A DNA stretch of 61,042 bases from an uncultured Gammaproteobacteria bacterium (GCA_964523425.1 CAZFYY010000002.1:1-61042), one strand, 5' to 3'; counted from the first letter of the stretch, positions 1 through 9,790 are shown. Notes: generated by a model from the letters alone, not told the origin. Made by a program: numbers and translations.

Positions 1-684
1 AACCTAGAGTCCTTGACTAAGGCTGTTTGTACGCTGCATGTTCCCGGTACGCTGGAAATGATTATTATTGACGATAATTCTCCTGATGGGACCGGCCGCC
101 TAGCTGACGGCTTAGCCAACATAAACTCTTGTATTAAAGTCGTGCATCGACAGAGGAAGTTGGGGCTGGGCTCGGCATATATTACTGGCTTTGGAGAGGC
201 GCTTAGCTTGGGGGCGGATATTGTTATACAGATGGATGCTGATTTTTCACATGAACCAAGCGTAATTCCCAATCTTATAAATCTTGTTCAAGGCGGAGCA
301 GACCTGGTCATCGGTTCGCGGTATGTTGCGGGGGGAAGGCTTGATGTTGAATGGGGCTGGGCGCGCCGCTTATTGAGTTGGTGGGCGAACAGGGTATGGA
401 TTAGCGCCGTACTTGGTTTGCCTGTCCGCGATGCGACGGCTGGCTTTCGCGCCTGGTCGGCCTCTGCCTTGGAGCGGATTGGGCTGGCTGGCATTAAGGC
501 CAACGGATATTATTTTCAAATTGAAATGACCTTTCTGGCGCAGGAAGCGGGCTGTAAGATTGTTGAAACGCCGATATATTTTCGTTCGCGCCGCCAAGGC
601 CGGTCAAAGATGGATTTGCGTTTACAGTTCGAAGCGGCTGTCGGTGTGTTGCTTTTGCGCTGGCGCCGCCGCTCATCGAGATAA
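1..684 (+). CDS. GT2 polyprenol-phosphate mannose synthase-like glycosyltransferase (5' truncated by window edge)
   Basis: IIDDNSPDGTG, KLGLGSAY, QMDADFSH, DATAGFRAW, GYYFQIEM motifs; the frame is open from base 1. Confidence 0.9.
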   Translation, partial: NLESLTKAVCTLHVPGTLEMIIIDDNSPDGTGRLADGLANINSCIKVVHRQRKLGLGSAYITGFGEALSLGADIVIQMDADFSHEPSVIPNLINLVQGGADLVIGSRYVAGGRLDVEWGWARRLLSWWANRVWISAVLGLPVRDATAGFRAWSASALERIGLAGIKANGYYFQIEMTFLAQEAGCKIVETPIYFRSRRQGRSKMDLRLQFEAAVGVLLLRWRRRSSR

Positions 685-689
685 TTATT

Positions 690-1277
690 ATGCATATGCC
701 CAACGAAACAAATTCTAACGTTCAACACAAAGAGATTGAAGCTCGTTTTCTGGAAATAGATAAAACCGACCTCGTAGCAAGACTAATGCATTGCGGGGCA
801 AAGGATTGTGGTGAGGCAATGCTTAAGGAATCAATTTTTTATGATCAGGCCATGACCTGGAATAAGGAGAATAAGTTTATTCGGGTTCGCCAAAATGGAA
901 AGAAAATAACTATCACCTATAAGCACCATGCCGCCTATACGATTGACGGAACAGAGGAAATAGAAGTCGAAGCTGATGACTTTGAAAAAAGCTGTTTAAT
1001 GTTGCAAAAGGCGGGCCTTCTGCTTAAACGCCGGCAGGAAAAAAAGCGACACACCTTTCTGCTTGATGGAGTTGTAATTGATATTGACACTTGGCCGCGT
1101 ATTCCGACGTACGTCGAAATAGAGGGGGCGAGCGAGTCGGCGGTCCGGGGGGTGGCTGAAAAACTTGGCTTTACATGGAGCGAAGCGGTCTTTGATAGTG
1201 CCGGAAGGATTATTGAGGATCGCTATGGCGTGCCGGTCTTATCACTGGAATACTTTATTTTTGATTCTGGCGAATAA
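690..1277 (+). CDS. CYTH domain protein (class IV adenylate cyclase/triphosphate tunnel enzyme)
   Basis: N-terminal EIEARF (ExExK-like), IRVRQ, EEIEVE, EKKRHTF, YVEIEG. Confidence 0.85.
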   Translation: MHMPNETNSNVQHKEIEARFLEIDKTDLVARLMHCGAKDCGEAMLKESIFYDQAMTWNKENKFIRVRQNGKKITITYKHHAAYTIDGTEEIEVEADDFEKSCLMLQKAGLLLKRRQEKKRHTFLLDGVVIDIDTWPRIPTYVEIEGASESAVRGVAEKLGFTWSEAVFDSAGRIIEDRYGVPVLSLEYFIFDSGE

Positions 1278-2802
1278 AAATTACACTACGCTCATCCTCG
1301 TAGACACGTTTCCAGTCAGTTGATTCCGTAAGGTATGAAACCAGAGCATCGCTCTGGTATTTTCGCAGGCCATACCCCAGAACCCATTTTTCAAACAAAT
1401 CAAACTCCGGCTCGGGACGTGGCTGTGCATAAAACACCGTAGAGATATCATATTTTTTCAACTGCTCAGCGGCCGTGTCTTTATTATTAAAAAGATTAAA
1501 TTCAGCGAGCGCGCTTTGGCCGCGCAGTGGATACTGAGGCAAGCGGCCATCAATAAAGAGACGCAGGTCTGGCCAGGCACCAATCAAAAAACCGCCAAAA
1601 TTATAATGATTAAAAAGCTGGCCACGGTTATACTCCGGATGTTCTTGAAGATAGCGCATGGCCGCACAGGGATAATTAGAGCAGTATGATTCAAAAGGAG
1701 TGTTGGTAGGGCGGGTTGACATAACAAGCACGATACATACGACACTTAGGCAGATAAGGCAGATGAGAGAAATGAGGCGCCGTTGTATGACCGAGAGACG
1801 CGGCGCGAGTTCAATAAACGCCCGCGGAGCGACTAGTACGAGGGCGGCAATAGCTAATAAGGGAAAGTGTCTCGTAGAGCGTAGGGCTAAGAACGAGAAG
1901 GAAAGCGTGACGAGGAAGGGAAGCCAGGCTTCGCGTTTTCGGGAAAAGACAAGCCAGGCGGCTAGCGCTAGACTTAGGATAATCATTGCTAATTGCGAGT
2001 AATGAACCGGGTGAGCATAAGGGGGCAGCCATTCCTGAATATGGGACATAAAATAATTATCCCGATAACCGCCCAAGAAAGAGTAGAGCTCGGTTCCATA
2101 GGGAGTGGCGAAGGTAAGAGCGATGGCGCCGCAGGCAATGCCGCTAAGTAGCCAAAGAGTTTTTCTAGGCAAGGTGGCTGTGCGCAGGTAGTTGGCTAGT
2201 TTGGGGAAAGAGAAAATAAACCATTCGAACATCAGCCAGCTGATAAGGATGATGTGGGCAATGAGGAAGCCGCCATGCAGGCAGGCCCAGAAATAACAAA
2301 GCGGCAGGGTCCAAAGCAAGTAGCGCCAACTCCCGCTGCGCCGTATTGAGTCGATAATGATAAGCAAGAGAACTAAGAAGAGAGGAGTGAACTCTTGCAT
2401 GCGGACGCCGATATGTCCGCGCATGGCGAATAGGATGGCAATCTCAAAACAAGCCAGCAGAAAACCACTCTCCGCCGACAGGTTCCAGCGCGCCTGGGCG
2501 TAGCGGTTGGCGAGCCATATAGTGAGCAGGGGGAGCAGGGCAAAGAAAAGCGTAACGGTAATATAACCACCGGCTGACCACAGGCCAAAAGTGAGGAGAT
2601 CGCTCAGCCATTCATGGTCAACCCAGGTCTTGCCGGCGAGCGTCCACATATATATCTGGTCATGTGGAACGTCTTTGGTTTGCCAGACTACTTCGCCGGA
2701 TCGCAGATGCCAGCCGAAGTCAGGGTCGAGATAGGAAAAAGAATTCCACACAATAAAGCAGAAAAGAAAAATATAAAAAAGGATCCACAGCGTTTTTTTC
2801 AT
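1255..2802 (-). CDS. Polytopic membrane protein, GT-C-like glycosyltransferase family
   Basis: About 11 hydrophobic segments; DPDFGWHLRSGE and WVDHEWLS luminal loop; WACLHGGF; C-terminal YNFGGFL..FIDGR soluble domain. Confidence 0.65.
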   Translation of the reverse strand: MKKTLWILFYIFLFCFIVWNSFSYLDPDFGWHLRSGEVVWQTKDVPHDQIYMWTLAGKTWVDHEWLSDLLTFGLWSAGGYITVTLFFALLPLLTIWLANRYAQARWNLSAESGFLLACFEIAILFAMRGHIGVRMQEFTPLFLVLLLIIIDSIRRSGSWRYLLWTLPLCYFWACLHGGFLIAHIILISWLMFEWFIFSFPKLANYLRTATLPRKTLWLLSGIACGAIALTFATPYGTELYSFLGGYRDNYFMSHIQEWLPPYAHPVHYSQLAMIILSLALAAWLVFSRKREAWLPFLVTLSFSFLALRSTRHFPLLAIAALVLVAPRAFIELAPRLSVIQRRLISLICLICLSVVCIVLVMSTRPTNTPFESYCSNYPCAAMRYLQEHPEYNRGQLFNHYNFGGFLIGAWPDLRLFIDGRLPQYPLRGQSALAEFNLFNNKDTAAEQLKKYDISTVFYAQPRPEPEFDLFEKWVLGYGLRKYQSDALVSYLTESTDWKRVYEDERSVIFIRQNQK

Positions 2803-2933
2803 AAGATGGCATTAGCTCCGGGCCGGGGGCTGGCGCTCGGTGAATATATTGTATTACTGATACGGTATATGGTAACATGTAGATAACATCTTTATAAGCA
2901 TAAAGACATGAACAATAGATGGGGGGTGACATT

Positions 2934-3347
2934 ATGAGAAAAACAATCATTGGCTTTGCTATCGCCATTTTCAGCATTTCGACCATGGCAGTCTTCGCGG
3001 CCGCTCCTCTTCCTGTCGCCGCCGTTGACAACAATCTTCTCTGGGGTAACGAGTTCAACCAGAACGCCGTTCAAGGCGAGCTCGGTTTGGGCAACCGCGA
3101 CCCGAGAGCGATCGTCGCTAGCGTCGTGCGTATCATCCTCGGCTTCCTCGGCATCGTTGCGGTTATCATCATCCTCCTCGGAGGCTTTAAGTGGATGACC
3201 GCCGGCGGTAACGAAGAAAAGGTTGGTGAAGCGCGCAAGTTGATTGTCCAGGGCATCATCGGTCTGGTCATCATCCTCGCTGCGTTCGGTATCGCCACCT
3301 TCGTCATCAACAGTCTGTTGACGGCGACAACAGTTAATAGTAACTAA
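2934..3347 (+). CDS. TrbC/VirB2-like pilin 1 (probable major pilin)
   Basis: Signal peptide, two hydrophobic helices flanking GGFKWMTAGGNEEKVGEARK; GGGGGTG SD before ATG 2934; codon usage looks highly biased (ATC/TTC/AAC). Confidence 0.85.
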   Translation: MRKTIIGFAIAIFSISTMAVFAAAPLPVAAVDNNLLWGNEFNQNAVQGELGLGNRDPRAIVASVVRIILGFLGIVAVIIILLGGFKWMTAGGNEEKVGEARKLIVQGIIGLVIILAAFGIATFVINSLLTATTVNSN

Positions 3348-3356
3348 GTGTGGTCC

Positions 3357-3419
3357 GCGGACCTGAGATTTCTCGGGTCCGTTTCCGAGGCGCTGATAGA
3401 AGGAATCCCCTATCGGCGC
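3357..3419 (+). terminator. Two tandem hairpins after pilin 1 (terminator/attenuator or RNA stabiliser)
   Basis: GCGGACCTGAG-ATTT-CTCGGGTCCGT (3357-3382) and GCGCTGATAG...CTATCGGCGC (3390-3419). Confidence 0.6.
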
Positions 3420-3430
3420 TCCAGAAACGT

Positions 3431-3808
3431 ATGAAAACGCGAACTTCATCATATTTACAACGCGCCTCACTTCTAGTCGGGGCTTTTGTTGCTTCTGTGA
3501 CAGGTGTAGCGCTGCGCGCGTACGCCGAATATGGTTTGGATACGGCAGCGCCAGACGATCTCAAGGCCTTTGACGGCTCAAAAATCCCCAGTAAGATCGG
3601 TTCTATTATCGGAACTGTTCTTGGCTATACTGGAACGGTGTTCTTTATTCTCGTGGTGTATGCCGGTATTATGTGGATGATGGCCGGCGGCAATGAGGAG
3701 AATATAAAAAAGGCGCAAGGCATATTAAAGACGGCAATTATCGGCTTGATAATTATTATGTCGGCCTATGCTATCACCCAGTTTATTGGCACGCAGGTAT
3801 TGAAATAA
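3431..3808 (+). CDS. TrbC/VirB2-like pilin 2
   Basis: YAGIMWMMAGGNEENIKKAQGILKTAIIGL motif; start moved from GTG 3350 to in-frame ATG 3431. Confidence 0.85.
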   Translation: MKTRTSSYLQRASLLVGAFVASVTGVALRAYAEYGLDTAAPDDLKAFDGSKIPSKIGSIIGTVLGYTGTVFFILVVYAGIMWMMAGGNEENIKKAQGILKTAIIGLIIIMSAYAITQFIGTQVLK

Positions 3809-3809
3809 T

Positions 3810-4163
3810 ATGCGCTTCCGTTTCGCTTTCATTCCGGCCGCTATCTCGCTCTTACTGCCCGGACTATCGCGCGCCGTAGAATTAGGCGGATTAAAAGAAA
3901 CCGCCATCAAAGCTAATATAGACATTGACAAGCAGTCCGATATCACCGCAAGTCTAGCAAGTATAATCCAATTCGCCTTATCGTTTGTCGGCGTTCTATT
4001 TCTTGTTATGCTTATTTGGGGAGGAACGGTGTGGATGACGGCGGCCGGAAACCAAGAGAACATCAAAAAGGCTCGCGGCATCGTGGTCGCGGCCGTTATC
4101 GGCCTTATTATTACACTTTCCGCTTACGCCATAACCCAATTTATCGGCACCTCTTTGAAGTAA
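3810..4163 (+). CDS. TrbC/VirB2-like pilin 3
   Basis: WGGTVWMTAAGNQENIKKARGIVVAAVIGL. Confidence 0.85.
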   Translation: MRFRFAFIPAAISLLLPGLSRAVELGGLKETAIKANIDIDKQSDITASLASIIQFALSFVGVLFLVMLIWGGTVWMTAAGNQENIKKARGIVVAAVIGLIITLSAYAITQFIGTSLK

Positions 4164-4185
4164 GGCGCTTAACATGTTTATCTAT

Positions 4186-4644
4186 ATGAAAAAAGCCATT
4201 TTCCTTTTCGCCTTTGCAGTAATTTTATTCTCGCCGCTCGCGACCCGGGCTGAGTGCACAAAAGACGCTGACTGCGGAGCGAAGATGTTTTGCTGTTCCG
4301 GAACCTGTCAGGCCGCGAAATGCGAAGCGCCCACTAAGGATTCGTATGGTTTTGGCAGTGGCAGCAAGCTTGATACGGTGGCAGGAAACTTTAAGCCATC
4401 TACGCCTCAGCCCCTTGAGCAGCGCGTTGCCAGTATTATCGCCATTGCCCTTTCGTTTCTCGGCGTAATTTTCCTCATTTTAATGATTTGGGCGGGCTTT
4501 GGCTGGATGACGGCCGCCGGAGATGAAGAAAAGATTACTAAATCAAAAGAAACGATTCGATCAGCAATTATTGGCCTAGTGATTGTTATCGCGGCCTATG
4601 CATTAAGCGTGTTTATTATCGAACGCATTTGGGGCGCAGTATAA
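4186..4644 (+). CDS. TrbC/VirB2-like pilin 4 with Cys-rich N-terminal module
   Basis: Signal peptide ending ATRA, then CTKDADCGAKMFCCSGTCQAAKC, then WAGFGWMTAAGDEEKITKSK; ATG 4174 is an alternative start. Confidence 0.85.
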   Translation: MKKAIFLFAFAVILFSPLATRAECTKDADCGAKMFCCSGTCQAAKCEAPTKDSYGFGSGSKLDTVAGNFKPSTPQPLEQRVASIIAIALSFLGVIFLILMIWAGFGWMTAAGDEEKITKSKETIRSAIIGLVIVIAAYALSVFIIERIWGAV

Positions 4645-4651
4645 AAAACAT

Positions 4652-5083
4652 ATGAAAAAAAACATTGCCGGTTTTGCTCTTGCTCTTGTTCTGTTTGCCG
4701 CTCCAGTTGTTGCAGTATTTGCACAGGCCAATGCGGCCTCATCAGTCGAATCGCCCTTGCTTGGAAAACTCAAGACCGTCGGCAAGGGAGCGGGTTATGA
4801 TACGGCTTCAAACTCCGATGTGTTTTCTACGGTCGGCACGCTCATAAGCGTTGCGCTTGGCTTGTTGGGCATGATTTTCATTATCCTTATACTCGTTGCC
4901 GGTTTCAACTGGATGACGGCGGCGGGCGATGAAGAAAAAATAAAAAAGGCCGGCTCGATGATTCGGGCTGCCGTTATCGGCTTGTTGATTGTTGTTTCCG
5001 CTTTTGCGATATGGACATTTATCAGCACGATGATTCTGCGCGACACCCCCTCCGCCTTTATCAATCTTATCTCCTACGTATGA
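4652..5083 (+). CDS. TrbC/VirB2-like pilin 5
   Basis: VAGFNWMTAAGDEEKIKKAGSMIRAAVIGL. Confidence 0.85.
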   Translation: MKKNIAGFALALVLFAAPVVAVFAQANAASSVESPLLGKLKTVGKGAGYDTASNSDVFSTVGTLISVALGLLGMIFIILILVAGFNWMTAAGDEEKIKKAGSMIRAAVIGLLIVVSAFAIWTFISTMILRDTPSAFINLISYV

Positions 5084-5466
5084 TGTCCCGCTTGCGTGCC
5101 GGCTTAGTCGGCCTACTAATCGCCTTTTTTAGCTTCGCCTTTTCGGCGCAGGCCGCTTTTCTAACCGGCAATGCCGTGCAGGATATGAATTTAAATACCG
5201 AAAAAGTTCAGCAAGCCGCCGGTTATGACGGTAGCATTACGCTTGGCGTAGCGGTTGGTTTGATTATCAAGGCATTCCTTGGCGTGCTGGGAATGATCTT
5301 TCTTATTCTTTTGCTTGTAGCTGGTTATAACTGGATGACGGCAGCCGGTGACGAGGAAAAAATAAAGAAAGCGACCACGACAATTCGCGCGGCGATTATC
5401 GGCTTGATGATTATTGTGGCTGCCTACGCTATTACGTATTTTGTCTTTGCGAACCTGCCAAAATAG
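5080..5466 (+). CDS. TrbC/VirB2-like pilin 6
   Basis: VAGYNWMTAAGDEEKIKKATTTIRAAIIGL; ATG 5080 overlaps the previous stop (ATGA). Confidence 0.85.
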   Translation: MMSRLRAGLVGLLIAFFSFAFSAQAAFLTGNAVQDMNLNTEKVQQAAGYDGSITLGVAVGLIIKAFLGVLGMIFLILLLVAGYNWMTAAGDEEKIKKATTTIRAAIIGLMIIVAAYAITYFVFANLPK

Positions 5467-5476
5467 TTTTCTGAAT

Positions 5477-5516
5477 AAAAAGAGCCCGGTCGTATGTTTA
5501 TACGATCCGGGCTTTT
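5477..5516. terminator. Bidirectional intrinsic terminator
   Basis: AAAAAG-AGCCCGGTCGTAT-GTTT-ATACGATCCGGGCT-TTT between convergent genes. Confidence 0.75.
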
Positions 5517-5534
5517 AAATATGTCGCCACAAAA

Positions 5535-6056
5535 TTAATCTATGTGGCAGGTTGAATATCCGTGGGACGGTGACTTATAATGGCAGTCGGCCGCGTTGTT
5601 GAAAAACGGCTCGACTTCGTCCTGAAATTTTTCAGGCATCATTTCCATTTCCCACCTTACCCTGAGCTGCTCGTTCTTGTCCCGCAGAAACCAAGCGGGA
5701 AAAGTCTCGTTTTTATCAACCCAGATCTTTCGTAGCAACTTGCCGTTAGACCCGTAAACAAAGCAGTTCATGGCGAACCGCGTGTTGTTTACAAGATAAA
5801 ATAACAGCTCTTTATTGCTATTTTGTATAATCTGACGTCCTTCGGCGTCGACCATAGTGACAATCTCTGTACTTCGACTGCGTTTGATATAATTCTCAAG
5901 GTCAATTTTATTTTTAACATCTTCTTCTGTTACACCATTATTTGGCACCCAAACCCAATCACCATTCTCGTCAAAGGTGGGTTGGTTGCTTGTGCAGCCA
6001 CTTAAAATGAAGGCAATAAGGGTGCATGCAAAAATTAATGAAAATATCTTTTTCAT
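5535..6056 (-). CDS. Hypothetical lipoprotein
   Basis: Lipobox ILSG-C; AAAGGAG SD; AT-rich. Confidence 0.75.
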   Translation of the reverse strand: MKKIFSLIFACTLIAFILSGCTSNQPTFDENGDWVWVPNNGVTEEDVKNKIDLENYIKRSRSTEIVTMVDAEGRQIIQNSNKELLFYLVNNTRFAMNCFVYGSNGKLLRKIWVDKNETFPAWFLRDKNEQLRVRWEMEMMPEKFQDEVEPFFNNAADCHYKSPSHGYSTCHID

Positions 6057-6140
6057 TATGTTATTCTCCTTTATATTTATTTAAAATTGTAAATGAACCG
6101 TGAGGCGTCGGAAATAAAAGGGAATCCACGCCAATATACC

Positions 6141-6169
6141 ATTATATCACTAAATTTGGTATTTGTCAA
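6141..6169 (-). promoter_or_regulatory. sigma70 promoter of lipoprotein gene
   Basis: TTGACA-17 nt-TATAAT with extended TG; exact consensus. Confidence 0.85.
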
Positions 6170-6252
6170 TAGAAGCAGAGATTATTTGTATTAAATGGCT
6201 TATATTAAACAAATAATAAGAAATTGCCTGGTAATCGTGATAAATAGGACGT

Positions 6253-6280
6253 TTGACAAAAAAGTGGCTTATGTTAAAAT
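6253..6280 (+). promoter_or_regulatory. sigma70 promoter of nusA operon
   Basis: TTGACA-16 nt-TAAAAT with extended TG. Confidence 0.7.
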
Positions 6281-6359
6281 AATTATAAGGCTAGTATTCT
6301 AAGGATACTGGCTATTTTATTAGCTTGAATATTTACTAACAATCGCTAATCAAACGTCT

Positions 6360-7715
6360 ATGAGCGATATCACTAATGCCATCAAACAGATCTGCGAAGA
6401 AAAGGGCCTCTCCTATGAGGCGGTAATTTCGACGATCGAATCTGCTTTGGCAGCCGCCTACCGCAAGGATTATGGCGAAAAGAATCAGAATATTAAGGTT
6501 GAATACGACCCCGAGAAAAATACCTCGAAGGTTTTTGATATTAAAACCGTAGTTGACGATGTTCCAGAAGAAGAGCTGGCTGCCCTCGAAGCGGAAGAAG
6601 AGGCGCCGAAAGCCGAAGGTCGTCGTCCGGAGTTTGCTCCTGCGACAGTAACTGAAACAGCGGAAGGCGAAGAGGAAAAGCATCGCTTTAACCCAAAGAC
6701 TGAAATACAGATTTCCGATGCAAAGCAGCTCGACAAGAAATACGTCATCGGCGATGAAATCAAAACTGAGTTGGAACTGCATGACGAATATGGTCGTATG
6801 GCCGCTCAGACCGCCAAACAGGTCATTATCCAGCGCCTGCGCGAAGCGGAGCGCGACATGGTCTTCGGCGAATTTAAAGACAAGGAAAAAGAAGTAATCA
6901 CCGGTTTCGTGCAGCGCCGCGAAGGTCGCGTAATTCTGGTTGACCTCGGCAAGGCGACGGGCGTCGTTCCGCCGGACGAGCAGGTGCGTGGCGAACGTTA
7001 CAACTCAGGCGAGCGCCTCAAGTTTTATGTTAAAGAGGTTAAAATCACGCCGCGCGGACCGGAGATTGTCTTGTCCCGCACCTCTGATGAAATATTGAAG
7101 AAAATTTTCTATCTGGAAATTCCGGAAATTTCTAATGGATTGGTAGAGATTAAATCGGTTTCCCGTGAAGCGGGCAGTCGTTCCAAGGTGGCGGTTTCTG
7201 CTTCGACCGATAATATCGATCCGATCGGCTCCTGCGTCGGACAGCGCGGTTCGCGTATTCAGACGATTATCCGCGAGCTTGGCGGCGAGAAAATCGACAT
7301 CATTGAATACAGCGAGGATGCGGAAACGTTTATTGCCAACGCTTTGGCCCCAGCCAAAGTTGAGGATGTTAAATTAATCGCTGAGGAACGGCAGGCATAC
7401 ATTACCGTTAAGGATGATCAGCTGTCGCTGGCAATCGGCAAGGATGGTCAGAACGTCCGACTCGCCGCCCATCTGACTGGCTGGAAGATTGATATCGCCG
7501 GCGATGGAACAGGAGCGAAGGCAAAGACAGAAGCAGAAGCGGGGGCGACTGAAGCGACGGACGAAACGGCAGACGAAGAAGTGTCTGAGTCGACTGAAGT
7601 GTCCGAAGAGAATGATGCTCCGGCTCTTTCGGCTGAAGATGCTGAGCCAAAGACCGAAGAGGCTCTGGAAAATGCTCCTGCCCAGCCACTTGTCGAAGAA
7701 GACGAAGCGGCTTAA
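6360..7715 (+). CDS. nusA: Transcription termination/antitermination factor NusA
   Basis: GRMAAQTAKQVIIQRLREAER, S1 domain, REAGSRSKVAV, GSCVGQRGSR, AIGKDGQNVRLA; acidic C-terminal tail. Confidence 0.97.
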   Translation: MSDITNAIKQICEEKGLSYEAVISTIESALAAAYRKDYGEKNQNIKVEYDPEKNTSKVFDIKTVVDDVPEEELAALEAEEEAPKAEGRRPEFAPATVTETAEGEEEKHRFNPKTEIQISDAKQLDKKYVIGDEIKTELELHDEYGRMAAQTAKQVIIQRLREAERDMVFGEFKDKEKEVITGFVQRREGRVILVDLGKATGVVPPDEQVRGERYNSGERLKFYVKEVKITPRGPEIVLSRTSDEILKKIFYLEIPEISNGLVEIKSVSREAGSRSKVAVSASTDNIDPIGSCVGQRGSRIQTIIRELGGEKIDIIEYSEDAETFIANALAPAKVEDVKLIAEERQAYITVKDDQLSLAIGKDGQNVRLAAHLTGWKIDIAGDGTGAKAKTEAEAGATEATDETADEEVSESTEVSEENDAPALSAEDAEPKTEEALENAPAQPLVEEDEAA

Positions 7716-7768
7716 TTAATCTAACCTACCCTGCCGACCACGGCCGGTCTTAGAAACATAACAATCAT

Positions 7769-9781
7769 ATGGATTACACAGTTCTCTCAATCCTCGGTGC
7801 GGCGGTCATCGCCCTGCTGTACGGTATTATTTATATAAACGTCATTTTGCGTTTGCCGGACGGCAATGAAAAAATGCGCCAGATTGCTTCGGCAATTCAG
7901 GAAGGTGCCAAGGCGTATTTGAACCGCCAATATCGAACAGTTGCCATTGTCGCCGTTGTCCTATTCTTAGTTATTGGCCTCATCCCGGCGCTTGGTTGGT
8001 TGACGGCCCTCGCCTTTATTATCGGCGCCTTCCTTTCGGCGGTGGCTGGTTATATCGGTATGAATATTTCAGTGCGCGCCAATGTTCGCACAACCGAAGC
8101 AGCTCGTCATGGCATGGCCCGCGCGCTTGACGTCGCCGTTAAAGGCGGCAGCGTTACCGGCATGCTGGTGGTTGGCTTGGCCTTACTTGGTACGGCTGGT
8201 TTTTATTTCGCAACACATGATACCGCAGCTCTTATCGGGCTCGGTTTCGGCGGTTCACTTATTTCTGTCTTTGCTCGTTTGGGCGGCGGTATCTTTACGA
8301 AGGCGGCCGACGTCGGCGCTGACCTGGTCGGCAAAGTAGAGGCTGGCATTCCGGAAGACGACCCGCGCAATCCGGCAGTTATCGCTGACAACGTCGGTGA
8401 CAACGTCGGTGACTGCGCCGGCATGGCAGCTGACTTGTTTGAGACTTATGTTGTGACAGCAATTGCCGCGATTCTGCTCGGCAATTTAATCTTCCCTAAC
8501 TTCGCCAACGCAACGCTGTATCCGCTCGTGCTGGGTGCCGCTTCGATTATTACTTCCATCATCGGCATCTACTTTATCCGTCTGCCAAAGAGCGGCAATA
8601 TCATGGCGGCATTGTATAAGGGATTGGGCGCGGCCGGCCTTATTGCCGCTATCGCTTTTTATCCGATTACGAAGTGGTTCATGACTGGCAATGGTCTGTA
8701 CTCGGCTACAAATATTTATTTTGCTTCATTGATCGGCTTAGCTGTAACGGCGGCTATGGTTGTGATTACCGAATATTATACTTCTACTAAATATAAGCCT
8801 GTTAAGGATATCGCAGAATCTTCGACGACTGGCCACGGCACCAACATCATCACCGGCTTGGCGGTTTCCATGAAATCTACCATGTTGCCGATTCTGGTTA
8901 TCGCCGCTTCTATCTGGGGAGCCTATGCGCTGGCCGGACTATATGGTATCGCCATCGCGGCCGCTGCCATGCTTTCCATGGCTGGTATTATCGTGACGAT
9001 TGACGCGTATGGCCCGATCACGGACAACGCCGGCGGCATTGCCGAGATGGCTGAGTTGGACGAGAGCGTACGCAATGTTACTGATCCGCTCGACGCCGTC
9101 GGCAACACTACGAAGGCAGTTACCAAGGGCTATGCCATTGGTTCTGCGGCCTTGGCTGCGCTGGTTCTTTTCGCGGACTACTCCCATAAAGTTTCTGAAA
9201 AACTCATCGGCTCAGGGCATGTCGTAAACTTCTCGATCGACAATCCAAGCGTTGTTATTGGTTTGCTTATCGGAGGCATGCTGCCATACTACTTTGGCGC
9301 CTTGTCTATGCAGGCCGTGAGCCGAGCAGCGGGTAGCGTCGTTGAAGACGTTCGCGCGCAGTTCAAGGAGAAGCCGGGAATTATGTCGGGTACGCAGATG
9401 CCTGATTACGGACGTACGGTCGACATCGTTACCAAGGCCGCTATCAGCCGTATGACTATTCCAGCTCTGATTCCGGTGGTTGCTCCGATTTTGGTCGGCT
9501 GGCTGCTTGGCGTCGAGGCGCTTGGCGGACTGCTCATTGGCTGTATTGTTACCGGTATCTTTGTGGCTATTTCGATGACTTCCGGCGGCGGTGCCTGGGA
9601 TAATGCCAAGAAATACATTGAAAATGGTTTCTTTGGCGGCAAGGGATCTGACGCTCACAAAGCAGCCGTTACGGGCGACACGGTCGGCGATCCATACAAG
9701 GATACGGCTGGTCCAGCTATTAATCCGATGATTAAGATTGTGAACATTATTGCCCTTCTGATCGTTGGCCTTCTTCTATAA
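7769..9781 (+). CDS. hppA: Membrane-bound proton-translocating pyrophosphatase (K+-independent type)
   Basis: [39 protein letters not shown] (Lys at the K+-dependence position), [10 protein letters not shown]. Confidence 0.96.
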   Translation: MDYTVLSILGAAVIALLYGIIYINVILRLPDGNEKMRQIASAIQEGAKAYLNRQYRTVAIVAVVLFLVIGLIPALGWLTALAFIIGAFLSAVAGYIGMNISVRANVRTTEAARHGMARALDVAVKGGSVTGMLVVGLALLGTAGFYFATHDTAALIGLGFGGSLISVFARLGGGIFTKAADVGADLVGKVEAGIPEDDPRNPAVIADNVGDNVGDCAGMAADLFETYVVTAIAAILLGNLIFPNFANATLYPLVLGAASIITSIIGIYFIRLPKSGNIMAALYKGLGAAGLIAAIAFYPITKWFMTGNGLYSATNIYFASLIGLAVTAAMVVITEYYTSTKYKPVKDIAESSTTGHGTNIITGLAVSMKSTMLPILVIAASIWGAYALAGLYGIAIAAAAMLSMAGIIVTIDAYGPITDNAGGIAEMAELDESVRNVTDPLDAVGNTTKAVTKGYAIGSAALAALVLFADYSHKVSEKLIGSGHVVNFSIDNPSVVIGLLIGGMLPYYFGALSMQAVSRAAGSVVEDVRAQFKEKPGIMSGTQMPDYGRTVDIVTKAAISRMTIPALIPVVAPILVGWLLGVEALGGLLIGCIVTGIFVAISMTSGGGAWDNAKKYIENGFFGGKGSDAHKAAVTGDTVGDPYKDTAGPAINPMIKIVNIIALLIVGLLL

Positions 9782-9790
9782 TCTACTCAC

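Noticed and set aside
2934-5466. Conjugative element or classical type IV pilin cluster
   Set aside because: No relaxase, VirB4 or coupling protein in the window, and the pilins lack the class III G|FxxxE signal.
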